From Atractiella rhizophila (lineage: Eukaryota): a stretch of 64,000 nt of DNA. Location: assembly GCA_021432655.1 (NCBI GenBank), contig MU271250.1:1-64000 (forward strand), read 5' to 3'. A program made the position numbers and the translations under genes. Shown one piece after another: positions 1 to 11,472 of this stretch (the stretch's first letter is position 1; every line of letters starts with the position of its first letter). The notes under the pieces were generated by a model that was not told the DNA's origin, searched no databases, and worked only from the letters and a program-made list of their open reading frames with translations.

Positions 1-1773
1 GGCAACGAACGGGAGGACGCACGTCCTGAGGATTTTGAGACTCTAAGCCGGCTAAAAAGAGACATCGAGGGAAGATATGATATGAAGGATCCGAGCCGCA
101 TTGAACGATTCTCGCTGCAGCGGTCACGATTTTCGAACTATGAACAGATGCCGGCCGAATGTTAAGAATACGGGACAAATTGATAACGAGAGCGTTGAAG
201 GTGACAGATCTGTGGATGTGATTGAGGAGATCAGTGGATAGAACGATGACGGGGACGTTGGGGATGTCATAGAACTGTTCAAGCTCGTTTCCATCGAGTG
301 TGTCCTTGAAACCGAGTATTGTTTGCAGAAGGTTTTTGCCTCCTTGCATGACCGAGTCAAACTGCTCTGCATTGGGAAAGGCACGAAGGTTTTGGAGTTC
401 CCGGTCTAGCATGATGACTTGAGCAGTGAATTGATATAAACTGGCCTGGAATCAAAACCGCTTCTCGCCTGAGAGAAGCGATGGGTACGCACTGCAACCA
501 TCCAACCGACTCAGCTGGAACGTTCAGGAAAGGATCCTCTCGCGTTGCAGTCCCAAAGCTGGGCTGCACAATCCAAAATGTGAGCCTAGGAGCCCTAGCT
601 CCAAAGAAACCAGAGGCGAGGCAAATGCGAGACAACACGTTGACGCAGCGTTGACTCGTAAGTGACAAAGTGCTAAAACTGTGGCCTGTTGAAATAAGCG
701 CTTCCTGCGCCATGTCGAAAGTGAGATCCAGCGCTTGAGGTGTCGTACCATTGGTGGTCTCCCACAAAGCGTAGAGGACCAAAGTTGGCAAAACGAGATC
801 GACGTTTAGATGACTGTCAGGTTCCCATGGATACTTCAGCAACATTAAGGATCGTTGGTGCTTGGAATGGGCCAGACTGAGAAGATCTGGATTATCTGTC
901 CGCCGGCTTAGGTGAAGAGCTGAAAAGGCGAGGACGCCTACGTATGCAGGATGAGCTAAGGGACAAGGACACGCCATGATCACGCATGCGACTTACCGCT
1001 GTAAAGAGGAGGGCAGAATAAGGCTGTACTGAATAATGTGAGGAAGAAATTGGGCTGAACGGCTTCAATTGCATTTGCCGTTGGGGATATAATGTCGAGG
1101 AAATGTCGAACCAAGTGCGCATCTTGTATCAAAAGCTGAATCGGCTCTTGTTCCAGAACTGGGCGATTCTTCGGCCTGGCATCGAACGCGGGGCTATACA
1201 TCAGGGGAGGAAGTGGGCGAGCAGGTTGACTTGCTGTGGATTCATCCAAGAAACGAGAAGGGTGAGGGAGATGGTGTTGGTCTGTCGACGGTAGAACAGA
1301 CGTCATCGATTGGCGAACGAAACTTGGAACTGGAAGTCCAAGCTCTTTTGACGACGAAGCAGCGTATGGCATGTCGGGATGGGCGATAGGAGGGAGTGAT
1401 GAAGGTCCGATATTGACAAACTGCATAGTCGGAGACGAGCCTGTCTGAGGAGAGGCTGGTTGAGATATTGGGTGGTCTGGAGATCCCCCATCTGAACCTT
1501 CCGCCGCGGCTGGATAAACACAATTGAGGTAAAGTCGTTCACAATTGGCGCATAAAGGCTTCTCTTCGCCGCATTTAACACGTCGCTGCCTGCAGGTCAA
1601 GCAACCTTTGGAAAAAATGAGTGACACAGCGAGAATCAGTCATGTCACGAACCCATCCTGCTTCGCGAGAAACGGGGCTTAGAGCCCCTTCTCGATGAGA
1701 CGGTGGCTCCTCTCCTATTGTTTCCGCCACCCGTTCCTCCGCCACCATCGTTTGCAGACGAGGGCACAAACAT
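1..1773 (-). CDS. Zn(II)2Cys6 fungal transcription factor, multi-exon, 3' end probably outside the window
   Basis: ATG at 1773. Exon 1 reads MFVPSS...KPRFSRSRMG and a short GT-AG intron joins it to CLTCRQRRVKCGEEKPLCANCERLYLNC, a six-Cys binuclear cluster. Downstream ORFs 357-983 and below continue on the minus strand. Confidence 0.82.
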
Positions 1774-2573
1774 GATCTCCGTCTCAACAATGGCGAGCGA
1801 ATCAAGGAGGAACGAAGTTTTACTTGTGCCTAACCCATGGAAAGGTGGCGATAGCTTGAGCTTATAAGCGATGGAAGGCCTCTACAATAGTTTAGAAACG
1901 AGATAAGCGACGACAAAATTGTTCGCAGAACTTTATTGCTGAGTATTAGAAAAGTATTGTCACCCTGGTGGCAAATTTCGAGAAAAGAATATCGAATACG
2001 AGCGCAGGCTCAGGCCAAGGGAAATTAGCCTGTTGATTCGTGCCGCGTCGCGAACAAGGAACGGGTCGTGGGGGGCTCTGAATCGTGAACGGTTACTTTC
2101 ACACGAACAACAAGCGTTCTTGCCACCTTACTTGCAGCCCTCCAAAAGCAAGAGGAATGGGAGTACACGACGAAAAGACGATCGGCGAGATCGGCACGGG
2201 GCCTTCCCTTTCATGATACCCGCTGAGAAAGCGAAACGAAGCGGTAGCTTGAACAGAAGGAAGTCATAAACACGCTTGACACGTCACGTGTGTAGAAGAA
2301 TCCAACCATTGGACGGAACCTTCCACCACTTCTCTTCTCAAACAGTGGAATCCAGTTATTTTTGCCACCTGAGAACCTAGAAGCTTCGCCTAGCGGTTTT
2401 AAGCTAAGCGAGACGACGTCCAAGCTTTATTCGCAAGACGGTACTAATGTCAAGCGGGTAGAATAAAGAGAGGAATAACAAACAAAACTCACACCGTAAC
2501 GTAGAGGAGGTCTCTCCAACCAGTTCCCCAAAACGCATATACTGATGTCATATGACGGACCATCCCCCTCATA

Positions 2574-5124
2574 GTGCTACAACTGAATGAGCACATCAAT
2601 GTTTCTCAGGGGTTTGACTCCGCCATCTTTGCTGATCTGCTTAATCGAGTTGTTGTTGAAGAAGATCTTCCCTTCTCGATTGTGGACAGTCCAGCCTTTC
2701 AAGAACACCTCATCTACCTCCAATGGACACTGCCTTCTGCCAAAGAAATACGGCTTACAGACCTTACGAAAGGCGGACTGCAATTTGTGGAAGAATCTGG
2801 TAAAAGTCCGAAGAAGAAGATGGAGATACCAAGTCATAAGGTGCTGAAGGAGCAAATACATGCGTATGCAGAAAGAAGCAATGAGAAGCTTGCGCAAACT
2901 CTGAAGGTCTGTCTACTCTTTGGTTATCAATGTGTTTCACTGATGTGTGATAAGGAATCTGGATCCACAGTTCACCTCTCGCTTGACAACTGGACTTCCG
3001 AAAACCATTATGTATTCCTCTGTCTTATCGGTCAATTCATCAACAGCGACTGTGAACTGGTGGAGGTTGTGCTGGGATTTGAAGAGCTTATCAGAGCTCA
3101 TTCAGGAGAGAATATGGCGGATGTGATTATGAAGGTGGTCGATAAATTTGGATTGGCGAATTTGTTCAGCCTCTGCTTTACTAGTTGTGTTCACTTACTA
3201 ACAACCTAAGTTATAGATTGGGTGCTTTACCACGGTTGGCGCTTCCAACAACAAGACAACATTAAGCGGTATCAAACAGCGGCTAAAGAAAAGAAATATT
3301 GCATGCCTCATATCATTCATCTGGCCGTTATCGCCCTGCTGGACTTCTTGAACGTTTGGCCAAAGCCTTCAGCTCCAATCATGAAACCTCCCACCATGCC
3401 TCTTGTCACAAATACGAAGCATTCTAAACTTGATACTTCACTTCCGACAACTTTAGCTTCGACCACCTTCACTAAGGATGCATTGTACCAAGAGTGCATG
3501 ACGGAGGATCCTACAGTCACACAAGACAATGCTGCACAACTAGGTGAGGAGGAATTGAATGAAGTAGAACTGGATTTGAACACAGTCAATGGAGCGATAC
3601 CAAAGGTATGCTTGTTGCTTCTATTGATGCTGCTGTACTTTCTCAATCGTCTGACAGCTTCGAGCCATCATCAAACACGTTCGTGGCTCTCCTCAACGTC
3701 AAAAGAGCTGGTTAGATCTTTTGGAGGATGCTTTGAAGACCTACGAGAGCCTTTCCGATGAGTCCCTCCGCATGCTCATCCTTGACGTTCAGACACGGTG
3801 GGGATCAACCCACGACATGCTGGACCTTGGAATTCGATACAAGGATGTCATCAAAACTTACTCAGATCGCCATGAGCTTCCGTTCATGCTGCATCTGAGT
3901 GAGAAGGAGTGGAATTCAGTTGAACAGGCGCGTCTCCTACTCTTAACATTTCTACATGCCAGATGTTCTAATTCTGACTACTGCTCAGGTGTGCAAATGG
4001 CTCGCGGTTTTCCGACAAGCGACATATGACATGTCGATGAGCCAGACATCTTGTCTCTCTCAAACACTCGGAGTATACCATTCTCTGCTCGGATTTCTGA
4101 AGGGAGAGATCTCGAAGCTTACGGACACAGCTGTGGATAAGGAATATCGCCAGGCTCTTCTCGACTGTTATTACAAGTTGAGTGACTACCATTATCGCTC
4201 AGATCTCTCTCCTTATTATGTATATGCAATTAGTAAGTTCTTTCTTATAACCACCAGCACCTATGACTGACAAAATTTGCGAAATAGTCTGTGATCCTCG
4301 TCTCGGTGTGTCATTCCTCAACTCCTCTGTATTTGACTTGGAACGGGACGAGATTGAAGAACACAAATCAAATTTCATCGACCTCTTTCAAGATCACTAC
4401 TACGAAGCTCCCCACACAACAGTTCAACCCATCCCAACCCAGGCAAAGCTGTCACGGGTGAATCCGAACCTGACGGCCGATTATCTCGCATCTATTGGTC
4501 ATGGTCCAAAAACAGGAGCGGATGACGTTGGAGCGATGAAGGAAATCAACTACCTCTTCAAGCATGCACCACTGGCTTGGGGAGTGGATCCACTTACCTT
4601 TTGGAAGCACGAGTCGAAGCACAACTTGCGCAACTTGTCTCGTCTGGCTCGAGATATTCTGGCTATTCAGGGTATATGTCTTTCCAAAGTGTCCTCACTT
4701 GTTTTCAGGTTTTGATTGTTATAGGTTGTGCTGTGGGAGTCGAGCACATCTTCTCTGGAGCTCGTGATACCATAGGTATTCGCCGTCACCGTCTAGATCC
4801 TGAGAGTATACGTGATCTTATCATGCTCAAGACCACATTGCGCTTGCAACGGAAATCTCTTCTTACAGAGTTGCAGAAGGAGCTGAAGACATTGGATGAT
4901 GGCATTGCAGAGCGGGAGGCTCAGAAGAGATGAAATTGTTACACCTAAGGCTGTGACAAAATTGCTATGCCATATAACCCGTAATCCGTCATATTCTCCC
5001 GTTTTCCGCCGTGCCCGTACGTATCTGACAAACAAAATTTATTACGGTACGATACGAGCCGATAGAGGGCATGTACCGTCGGAAGTGGTGCTGAGACGAT
5101 GATACGGTACGATAGCCATCCCTA
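2574..5124 (+). mobile_element. Decayed, 5'-truncated hAT DNA transposon with an intron-containing transposase (about 2574-4933)
   Basis: hAT motifs HLSLDNWTS, HSGENMA, CMPHIIHL (CxxH), LDVQTRWGST and the dimerisation domain DPLTFWK...LSRLARDILAI...VEHIFS. The second catalytic Asp appears replaced (TTVGASNN). Confidence 0.88.
5101..5124 (-). repeat. Probable right TIR of the hAT element (TAGGGATGGCTATCG...)
   Basis: The reverse complement begins TAGGGATG, like Ac-type ends. Subterminal TACGGTACGATA copies lie at about 5043 and 5103. No left TIR was found. Confidence 0.55.
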
Positions 5125-8100
5125 GTGAGGAGTCTGTCCAGAGTGGTGATTTTGATCTCTGAAATGTATGCGTTTTGCGTCTCCGTATTAGCGGCAAATT
5201 GCCGGGCGGCGACAGATGTAAATTTGTCGTAGTGGCAAAAGGGATCGTAGTGAGTGGGGAGAACAATGGCAAAGAGGGTGATGCAGGACTCACACTCCCC
5301 TGTTTAGGGGAGGACCCTCAGGCGTTCCTCCCACTAGCTACCCAAGCTTATTTTGGAGCTCGCAACCAAACAGGCCTGGGCCACGTGCTCGTGGACACAA
5401 CGCGCAGTATAACGGGTCGGCGATTTGCGTGCTCGTCGCCGGTCTGTCTTCTTTGTTGGAGAATGTGTTGTCGAGCGAACAAGGATGGGGAAACAAAAGG
5501 TAAAACTAAAATAGGAAACAATCATCATCAAAACCAAAACAGAGTGTAGGATGTGGGGAAGTCGTTGTGTACCTCGTAATTGAGGGATTTTTGAAGTTTG
5601 ACCGGTGTTGTTTTGGTGCAGTAAGCAACCGTTTGTGAAAATGGGGTGAGTAACTCACCGACAAACTGGTCGCCGATCTGTCCGTTGAGGAACAGACCGG
5701 CGCCTCGCCTAGACCTATGTTCAACAATGTGACTAGGGATTCACCCAGTGAGGCGTGTAGAGGAGTAGGCCCTCTTAAAGTGAGGAGGAGGGGACCTCGC
5801 AATTGAGGACAATTTTCGTAAATGCGACATTGGTGATGGCGCAAGAACGCAATGAGCATTCGTCTTTGACAGGCGACGAATGGACTCACCAACGACCAAG
5901 TCGCCGACTTGGTCTTGACCCAAGTATCAAAAACTAGGATTTCACCCGGCAAGGCATATAGGGGCGTTGGACCCCTTAAAGTGAGGAAGACCCTTCAGCA
6001 TGTTTTCGTCGAAGGTTACGAAAACGCGCATTTGGGCGATTTTTAACAGAGTTTGGTGTGGAATCGGGATGAACTGCAAGAGGATGTGCAGTGTGATAGT
6101 CTTTTATAGCATCTTGTGAATTTTCCAAATCTGCAATGTTGATCCACTCGTCTTCAGATGGTGAATACCCTTTGTATCGAACGCGATATTTGAAAACTTT
6201 CTTTCGGCTACCGAACCATTTCCCATCTACAATTTTTTCTACTTCCCATTCCTCAATTCCATTCACCAATTCCGGAGGCAGTTTAGGCAACTGGACTCTG
6301 CCAAGGATGTCGTCTTTGTTGACTCTTCGTATTAGGCCCACATGGAACACTGGATGTATCTTCCATGAGGATGGCAACTCGAGTTTGAGGTTGAGGGGAC
6401 CCAAAACTGGGAGAACGCGAAAGGGGCCATGCCATTTGTCATCCAATTTTTTGACAGGTCTCGTCGATTTGATGTTTTTTGTGCTCAACCAGATGAGATC
6501 GCCGACGTGATATTCTGGCGCCGGTGCACGTTTTCTGTCATAATGTTTTGCCATGAGGTCTGCCGCTTGCTCGAGTGACGCCTGTGCTGCCCGGTCGGCG
6601 ATTTGCATCTTTTCGACGAATTGCGCTGCTGCGGGAACGTCCTCGTCGGAGATGGGTTCAAAGGCCATGCGGGGATGTTGACCGCAATCGAGCGAAAATG
6701 GAGTTACGCCCGTCGCCGAACTGACACGATTGTTGAGCGCAAATTCTGCGTTGGGGAGTCCTTCCAGCCCAATTATCCTAAAGGTGGTTGCAGAAAATGC
6801 GTAAATATTGCTCAAGTTCTTGGTTCATACGTTCAGTCTGGCCATCACTTTGCGGGTGATAGGCTGTTGATGGTGAACTTTTGATACCCAACAGGCAAAA
6901 AAGCGCGGATGTGAATTTGGACACAAACTCTTTGCCTCGATCGAAAATTGCAACATCGAAAAGTCTGTGTAACTTCCATATGTGATCGCAAAAGAGTCTT
7001 GCAAGGCCTTCTGCATCCATCATCGAATGGGTAGGATGAGATGAGTGCGTTTTGAGAGTCTGTCAACTATGACGAACGTAATGTGCCAAACCTGGCCACC
7101 AGTAGTATCTTTTCACGAGAGCTGTCGTCGATTTTACGCCTGGATGACCGGCGATTTGCGAATCGTGCAGGTCTTGCAAAATCGAGCGGCGAATTTCGTC
7201 ATCGCGGGGAATATAGAGTTTTCCGCGAAAATAGACTGCACCAGCGACTTCTTGCCACGCTCGTCGGCGAATTGCATCGACTGGCTCGTCTAGGATCTCT
7301 CTCAAAGCCTTGACTACTTGTTCTTCCCGTTCAGGCACCTTTTTCATACGTTCCAGTATACTTAACTCCGACTTTTGTCTTGTGAACGCAACCGCGCTCC
7401 CATTAGCGTTGATGGTGATACGGTCCGTATTGAAAAATCGTTCCGGGAGTAACACTACGTCGAAGTTGTCACAAATCGCCGGTTTGTGGTCCGGTCGCCG
7501 GCTAAGCGCATCTGGTTTTGCGGAATTCCGCCCAGGACGGTGTAAAAGAGTGAAGTTGAAGGATGCAAGTTCGGTAATCCAGCGTGCCTGTCGGCGATTC
7601 AACTTCTGTGGCATTCTAAAATATTCGAGATTTTTGTGATCGGTCAAGATCATAAATGGTTCCTCAGTGCCTTGAAGAAGGTGCCTCCATTCTTCCAGTC
7701 CCCACATAATCACGAACATTTCTTTGTCATAGGTGTCATAGTTCCTTTGGGCAGCATCCAGTGATTTTGATACCAAACCGAGAGGATGAAACTTCCCATC
7801 TGGCTTCATTTGTGACAAAACGGTGCCTGTCACAAAATTTGACCCATCGACTTCGAGCAGGAATCGTCCCATTTGTTCGGGATGTGCCAAAACCGGCGCC
7901 GAAGTCATAAGCTGTTTCAAAGCGGCGAACGAACGTTGTTGATCCACCCCCCAGACCCAGGAAATCTCCATTTTCGTCAGGTCGTATAAAGGTCGTGCAA
8001 TGTGACTGAATCTGTCGCAAAAGCGGCGATAGAAATTAGCGAAACCGAGGAACATTTGGACTTCCTTCTTGTTTTTCGGTTCCGGCTAATCCATTACACC

Positions 8101-9621
8101 TGCAACTTTTACTGGATCTGGTTTGATCCCCCTGTTGGTAATGATCAATCCTAAATACTCAACTTCGCTCTGACACCAAACACATTTCTGTAAGTTAACA
8201 TAAAGCCCATTTTCACGTAAAATTTGACAAACTTGTCGAACACTTTGCCAGTGTTCTTCTTCTGTCTCTGTCGCAATCAGGATATCATCGATGTATATGA
8301 AAATGAATGCAGCTGCGATCATCGCACGGAAAATAGAGTTCAGGAAAGCTTGAAAAGTCGCCGGTGAGTTGCAGAGACCGAAATACATCACCAATGGTTC
8401 GAAAAGCCCGCGATTTGTGCGAAACGCCGCTTTGTGTTAGTCTCCTTCTTTAATGCGAACGTTGTTGAATCCTTTTCTCAGATCGATCTTGCTGAAAAAC
8501 TTCTTACCAGAGACCATGGAAAAGAGGTCAGCTTGAATGGGGAGTGAGGTCTTGTCTTTGACTGTGGCTTCGTTTAGTTTCTGATAATCGAAAGGGGATG
8601 AAGTTTGGATGAGTCTTTTTTGTGCGTGAAAAAAACGGAAGCACCATGCTCGCCTGTGCTAGGACGTATACGACCAGCGCTCAGTTCAGCGTCAATAAAT
8701 TGGTCGAGCGCCACTTGTTCGTCTCTTTTCAAGGGGTAGACGGGACCAGCATATGGTTGAGCTTCTGGCTTGAGGTCGATAGCATGATCCCAAGGTCGTC
8801 GAGGAAGGAGTGAAGTTTTGAATTTTTCGTCGTCGAAAATATCCGCAAAATCGGCGATTTGTTTTGGTATCTCGACAACCTCTTTTAGTCTCATCGCCGC
8901 TACGTCTTTTGCCAGTTTCTGCGATTTCGTCATAGTGGCCCGTATCGAGGTAGACGATGATGGGAAGTGTTCGCGAGTGGTAGACACGTCATCTGCATTG
9001 CAGCTGGTAGGGCAGCCAGAGAACTCAACTTTCCCTGAGTCCCAGTTGATCTCTGGGTTATGGTGTCTTAGCCAGCGTGTCCTAAAATCATGTCAACAGT
9101 TCCCCACTCTGCCACAGCGAATTGCCAAACTTCGTGATGGGCGGCGATCGAAATGGGTAAATAAGCGACAGAATGGATGGAACCCCCCTGATTGAGGGAT
9201 CCGTCGATATTGTAAACGGGCACTGGGGAAGGGAGTTGAGTGACGGGTAGGTTGTATGTGGAAACAAGTTTTGGGGAGATAAAGGAAGTGGTGGCCCCAC
9301 TGTCGACGAGCGCTGATATGGCGTGTCGGCGATGGGAATGTGGATGATGGAAAGCGGTTCTGAGCTTCGTCTTCGAACTGACAAGGGATGCTGTTGTCGA
9401 GCGTAAATGGACTTTGTCGTACATTTTTGCGACTTCTGCGCATCTCTGTCGCCACGAGGGAAAAGACAATTTCCGGAATGGGGAGTCTTGCTCAGATGAG
9501 GGGAATAATGTGTTGAGTGGCGTTTTGTTGGAAGTGATTTTGGATGAAGTAAATGAATTGCAAGCCGGCGATGGGGACACTTTAACTCCACCCACCGTGG
9601 TCCTAAAAATCCTCTTCTAGG

Positions 9622-10914
9622 TCATCTGATTGGGTAACATTCTTTTTCGACGATTTGGTCGGCACTTTGCGCAAATTGTCGCTCTCGGTGCTTCATCTTT
9701 GAATCAAAATATTCTCCTTGAGCTCGGAGATACTGTTCTTTGTTCATGATCGTCCGACATTCTCTTTCCCAGTGGCCCATCTTTTGGCATCGTCTGCAAC
9801 AGGGAGGCCTAGATTTTGTCGCGTCAACCTCCATGTCGTCGGGGTCTTTGGCTCTGTGTGCGTGGGTAGCGGTGTTTGGTGATGAATTGGCGACCGTTGA
9901 CAAAGTGGCGCTCGGTCGATACGATACGGGTGTTCTGCTCTCTCTGTGTTTTGTTGGTCTTGAGCTGTTCTTTTTGGCACAAAACATATTCTGGGGTCCG
10001 TCCTTCGCTGATGGGATGTTTCGAAAGAAGGTTGAATGAGCAGATTCTTCTGCATCAATTCGTCGAGCCTTTTCTTTCCATTCTTCGAGCGATTTTGGGA
10101 ACTCTCCTTGGGTTACTTTGAGATGTAGGGTAGGATTGAGTCCTCGTTTGAAGAAGAAAGTAAGAGCTTCATCACCAAAGTCAGCCTGATTTGCCAGTTC
10201 TTCAAACTTGATGATGTAGGTTTCTAGGTTCCCCTTTTGTTGGAGGGAAGATATTTTTGTTTGTACAATGAGTTTGTGGTCTGTCTTGCAGAAGCGCGAT
10301 TTGAACTCCGACAAAAATTGCTCCCACAAAATTTGTTCCTTGTTTTCGACAAGTCGGCGCAAAATCCCAGCGGCGAATTTTTCCGCATCTCCTTCTTTCA
10401 TGTAAGAAAGGGTAAATAGGATTTTCAAATTTTCGGTCGAAAATTGGCCTGGAACAGTAGACGTGTAGACGTAAATTTCGCGTAAAAATGTCGGAGCTGT
10501 GTTGGGTACTCCTTTGAAGATCGCGGGCGGGGCAAGTTTGATACCTGCATATGGTGCAACTTGGGCAGTTTGGGGTATAGAGGGAGAAGAGTAAGCTTGA
10601 GGTATTGGGTCCGTTCGCGATAAAAAGGGGGAAGTGGTTCCACTATCTCTAGGAGGGGGTAGTCTGAAATCTAGCAATTGTAAAATTAGGTCATTCGTGT
10701 TTTGGACGTCGGACCTCCGTTGCGCAATTTCGTTCACATTCTGGGAGGTTTGCGCATTTTGTTGGTTGAAACTTGTTATGATATCTTGTTCGAGTTTTCT
10801 GAATTGTTTTTCAGTAGTGAGATGTAGAGTTTGGAACATCCTTTCTAGGTGCTGGATACGTTCTTCGCTCGTCGGCGGTTTGCGCGTTTCCATGTCTCCC
10901 CAAACCTCCGACAT
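9622..10914 (-). CDS. Gypsy Gag with CCHC zinc knuckle
   Basis: 430-aa ORF containing CRRCQKMGHWEREC. A GGATTTTT possible slippery site lies at about 9605-9612, before pol. Confidence 0.88.
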   Translation of the reverse strand: MSEVWGDMETRKPPTSEERIQHLERMFQTLHLTTEKQFRKLEQDIITSFNQQNAQTSQNVNEIAQRRSDVQNTNDLILQLLDFRLPPPRDSGTTSPFLSRTDPIPQAYSSPSIPQTAQVAPYAGIKLAPPAIFKGVPNTAPTFLREIYVYTSTVPGQFSTENLKILFTLSYMKEGDAEKFAAGILRRLVENKEQILWEQFLSEFKSRFCKTDHKLIVQTKISSLQQKGNLETYIIKFEELANQADFGDEALTFFFKRGLNPTLHLKVTQGEFPKSLEEWKEKARRIDAEESAHSTFFRNIPSAKDGPQNMFCAKKNSSRPTKHRESRTPVSYRPSATLSTVANSSPNTATHAHRAKDPDDMEVDATKSRPPCCRRCQKMGHWERECRTIMNKEQYLRAQGEYFDSKMKHRERQFAQSADQIVEKECYPIR

Positions 10915-10942
10915 TTTTAAGTTTGATTTTTTGAAAGGGACG

Positions 10943-10952
10943 AGAGTATTCT
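10943..10952 (-). promoter_or_regulatory. Non-tRNA primer-binding site (self-priming type)
   Basis: AGAATACTCT, 2 nt after the LTR, is the exact complement of AGAGTATTCT at 11069-11078, which lies about 27 nt downstream of TATATA. Confidence 0.7.
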
Positions 10953-10954
10953 TC

Positions 10955-11445
10955 TGTTAGGGCTGACAGTATGTGCGGTCGCCGATGGGCGATGCGTCTG
11001 TAGTGGAGGTAAACCTAAGTGAATAGTATGGCATGAGAAGACTAACCTGTAGTGGAGGTAAACCTAAGAGAATACTCTGAGATTACCACCACTACATCTC
11101 GATGTATATATACCATATGTAAAGGCACTGCCATAAACTGTAACATACATTTCTTGAAAAATGTAAGATAGCTAGATCAGGAAAGCAATAAAGGGAATAC
11201 TCGGAAATAAGACATACTCAGCAGTACAAGTGAGAAAGGATAATAAGGCAATAATGGCGACGGTGCAGACCGGCGAAATGTATGAGGTTAGCTGAGCGGC
11301 GATTCGTGTGAGATGGGGGAAGGCGGCGGTCAGCGCAAACATGCGCAAAGCGGCGACAGGTAGGCACGTGATCCTACGACGTACTAAAGTAGGTCATGTG
11401 ACATCAAATGGTGCATTTCGGTAATGCGTAGGGGCAAGCCTGACA
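10955..11445 (-). repeat. Gypsy 5' LTR (491 bp, TG...CA)
   Basis: Sense strand TGTCAGGC...CCCTAACA. Homologous copies start at 23781, 28785, 33898, 34468 and 49355. Confidence 0.95.
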
Positions 11446-11472
11446 CATGCCTAACTATCCACCAAATCACAG

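Larger units (their letters stand above)
5976..11445 (-). mobile_element. Ty3/Gypsy chromovirus: 5' LTR, gag, pol (PR-RT-RH-IN-chromodomain). Pol is disrupted and the 3' LTR is absent
   Basis: PR LVDSGATTSF, RT YIDD, RH NYDTYDKE...LTDHKNL, IN HPQSDGQTER plus GPF, chromodomain EWEVEKI...YRVRYKGY. In-frame stops (about 8086, 8437), frameshifts and an integrase deletion. Confidence 0.95.

Noticed and set aside
5640..5995. Twister or hammerhead ribozyme
   Set aside because: There is a superficial TAAAGTG-GAGG resemblance, but the conserved cores and pseudoknot partners are missing.
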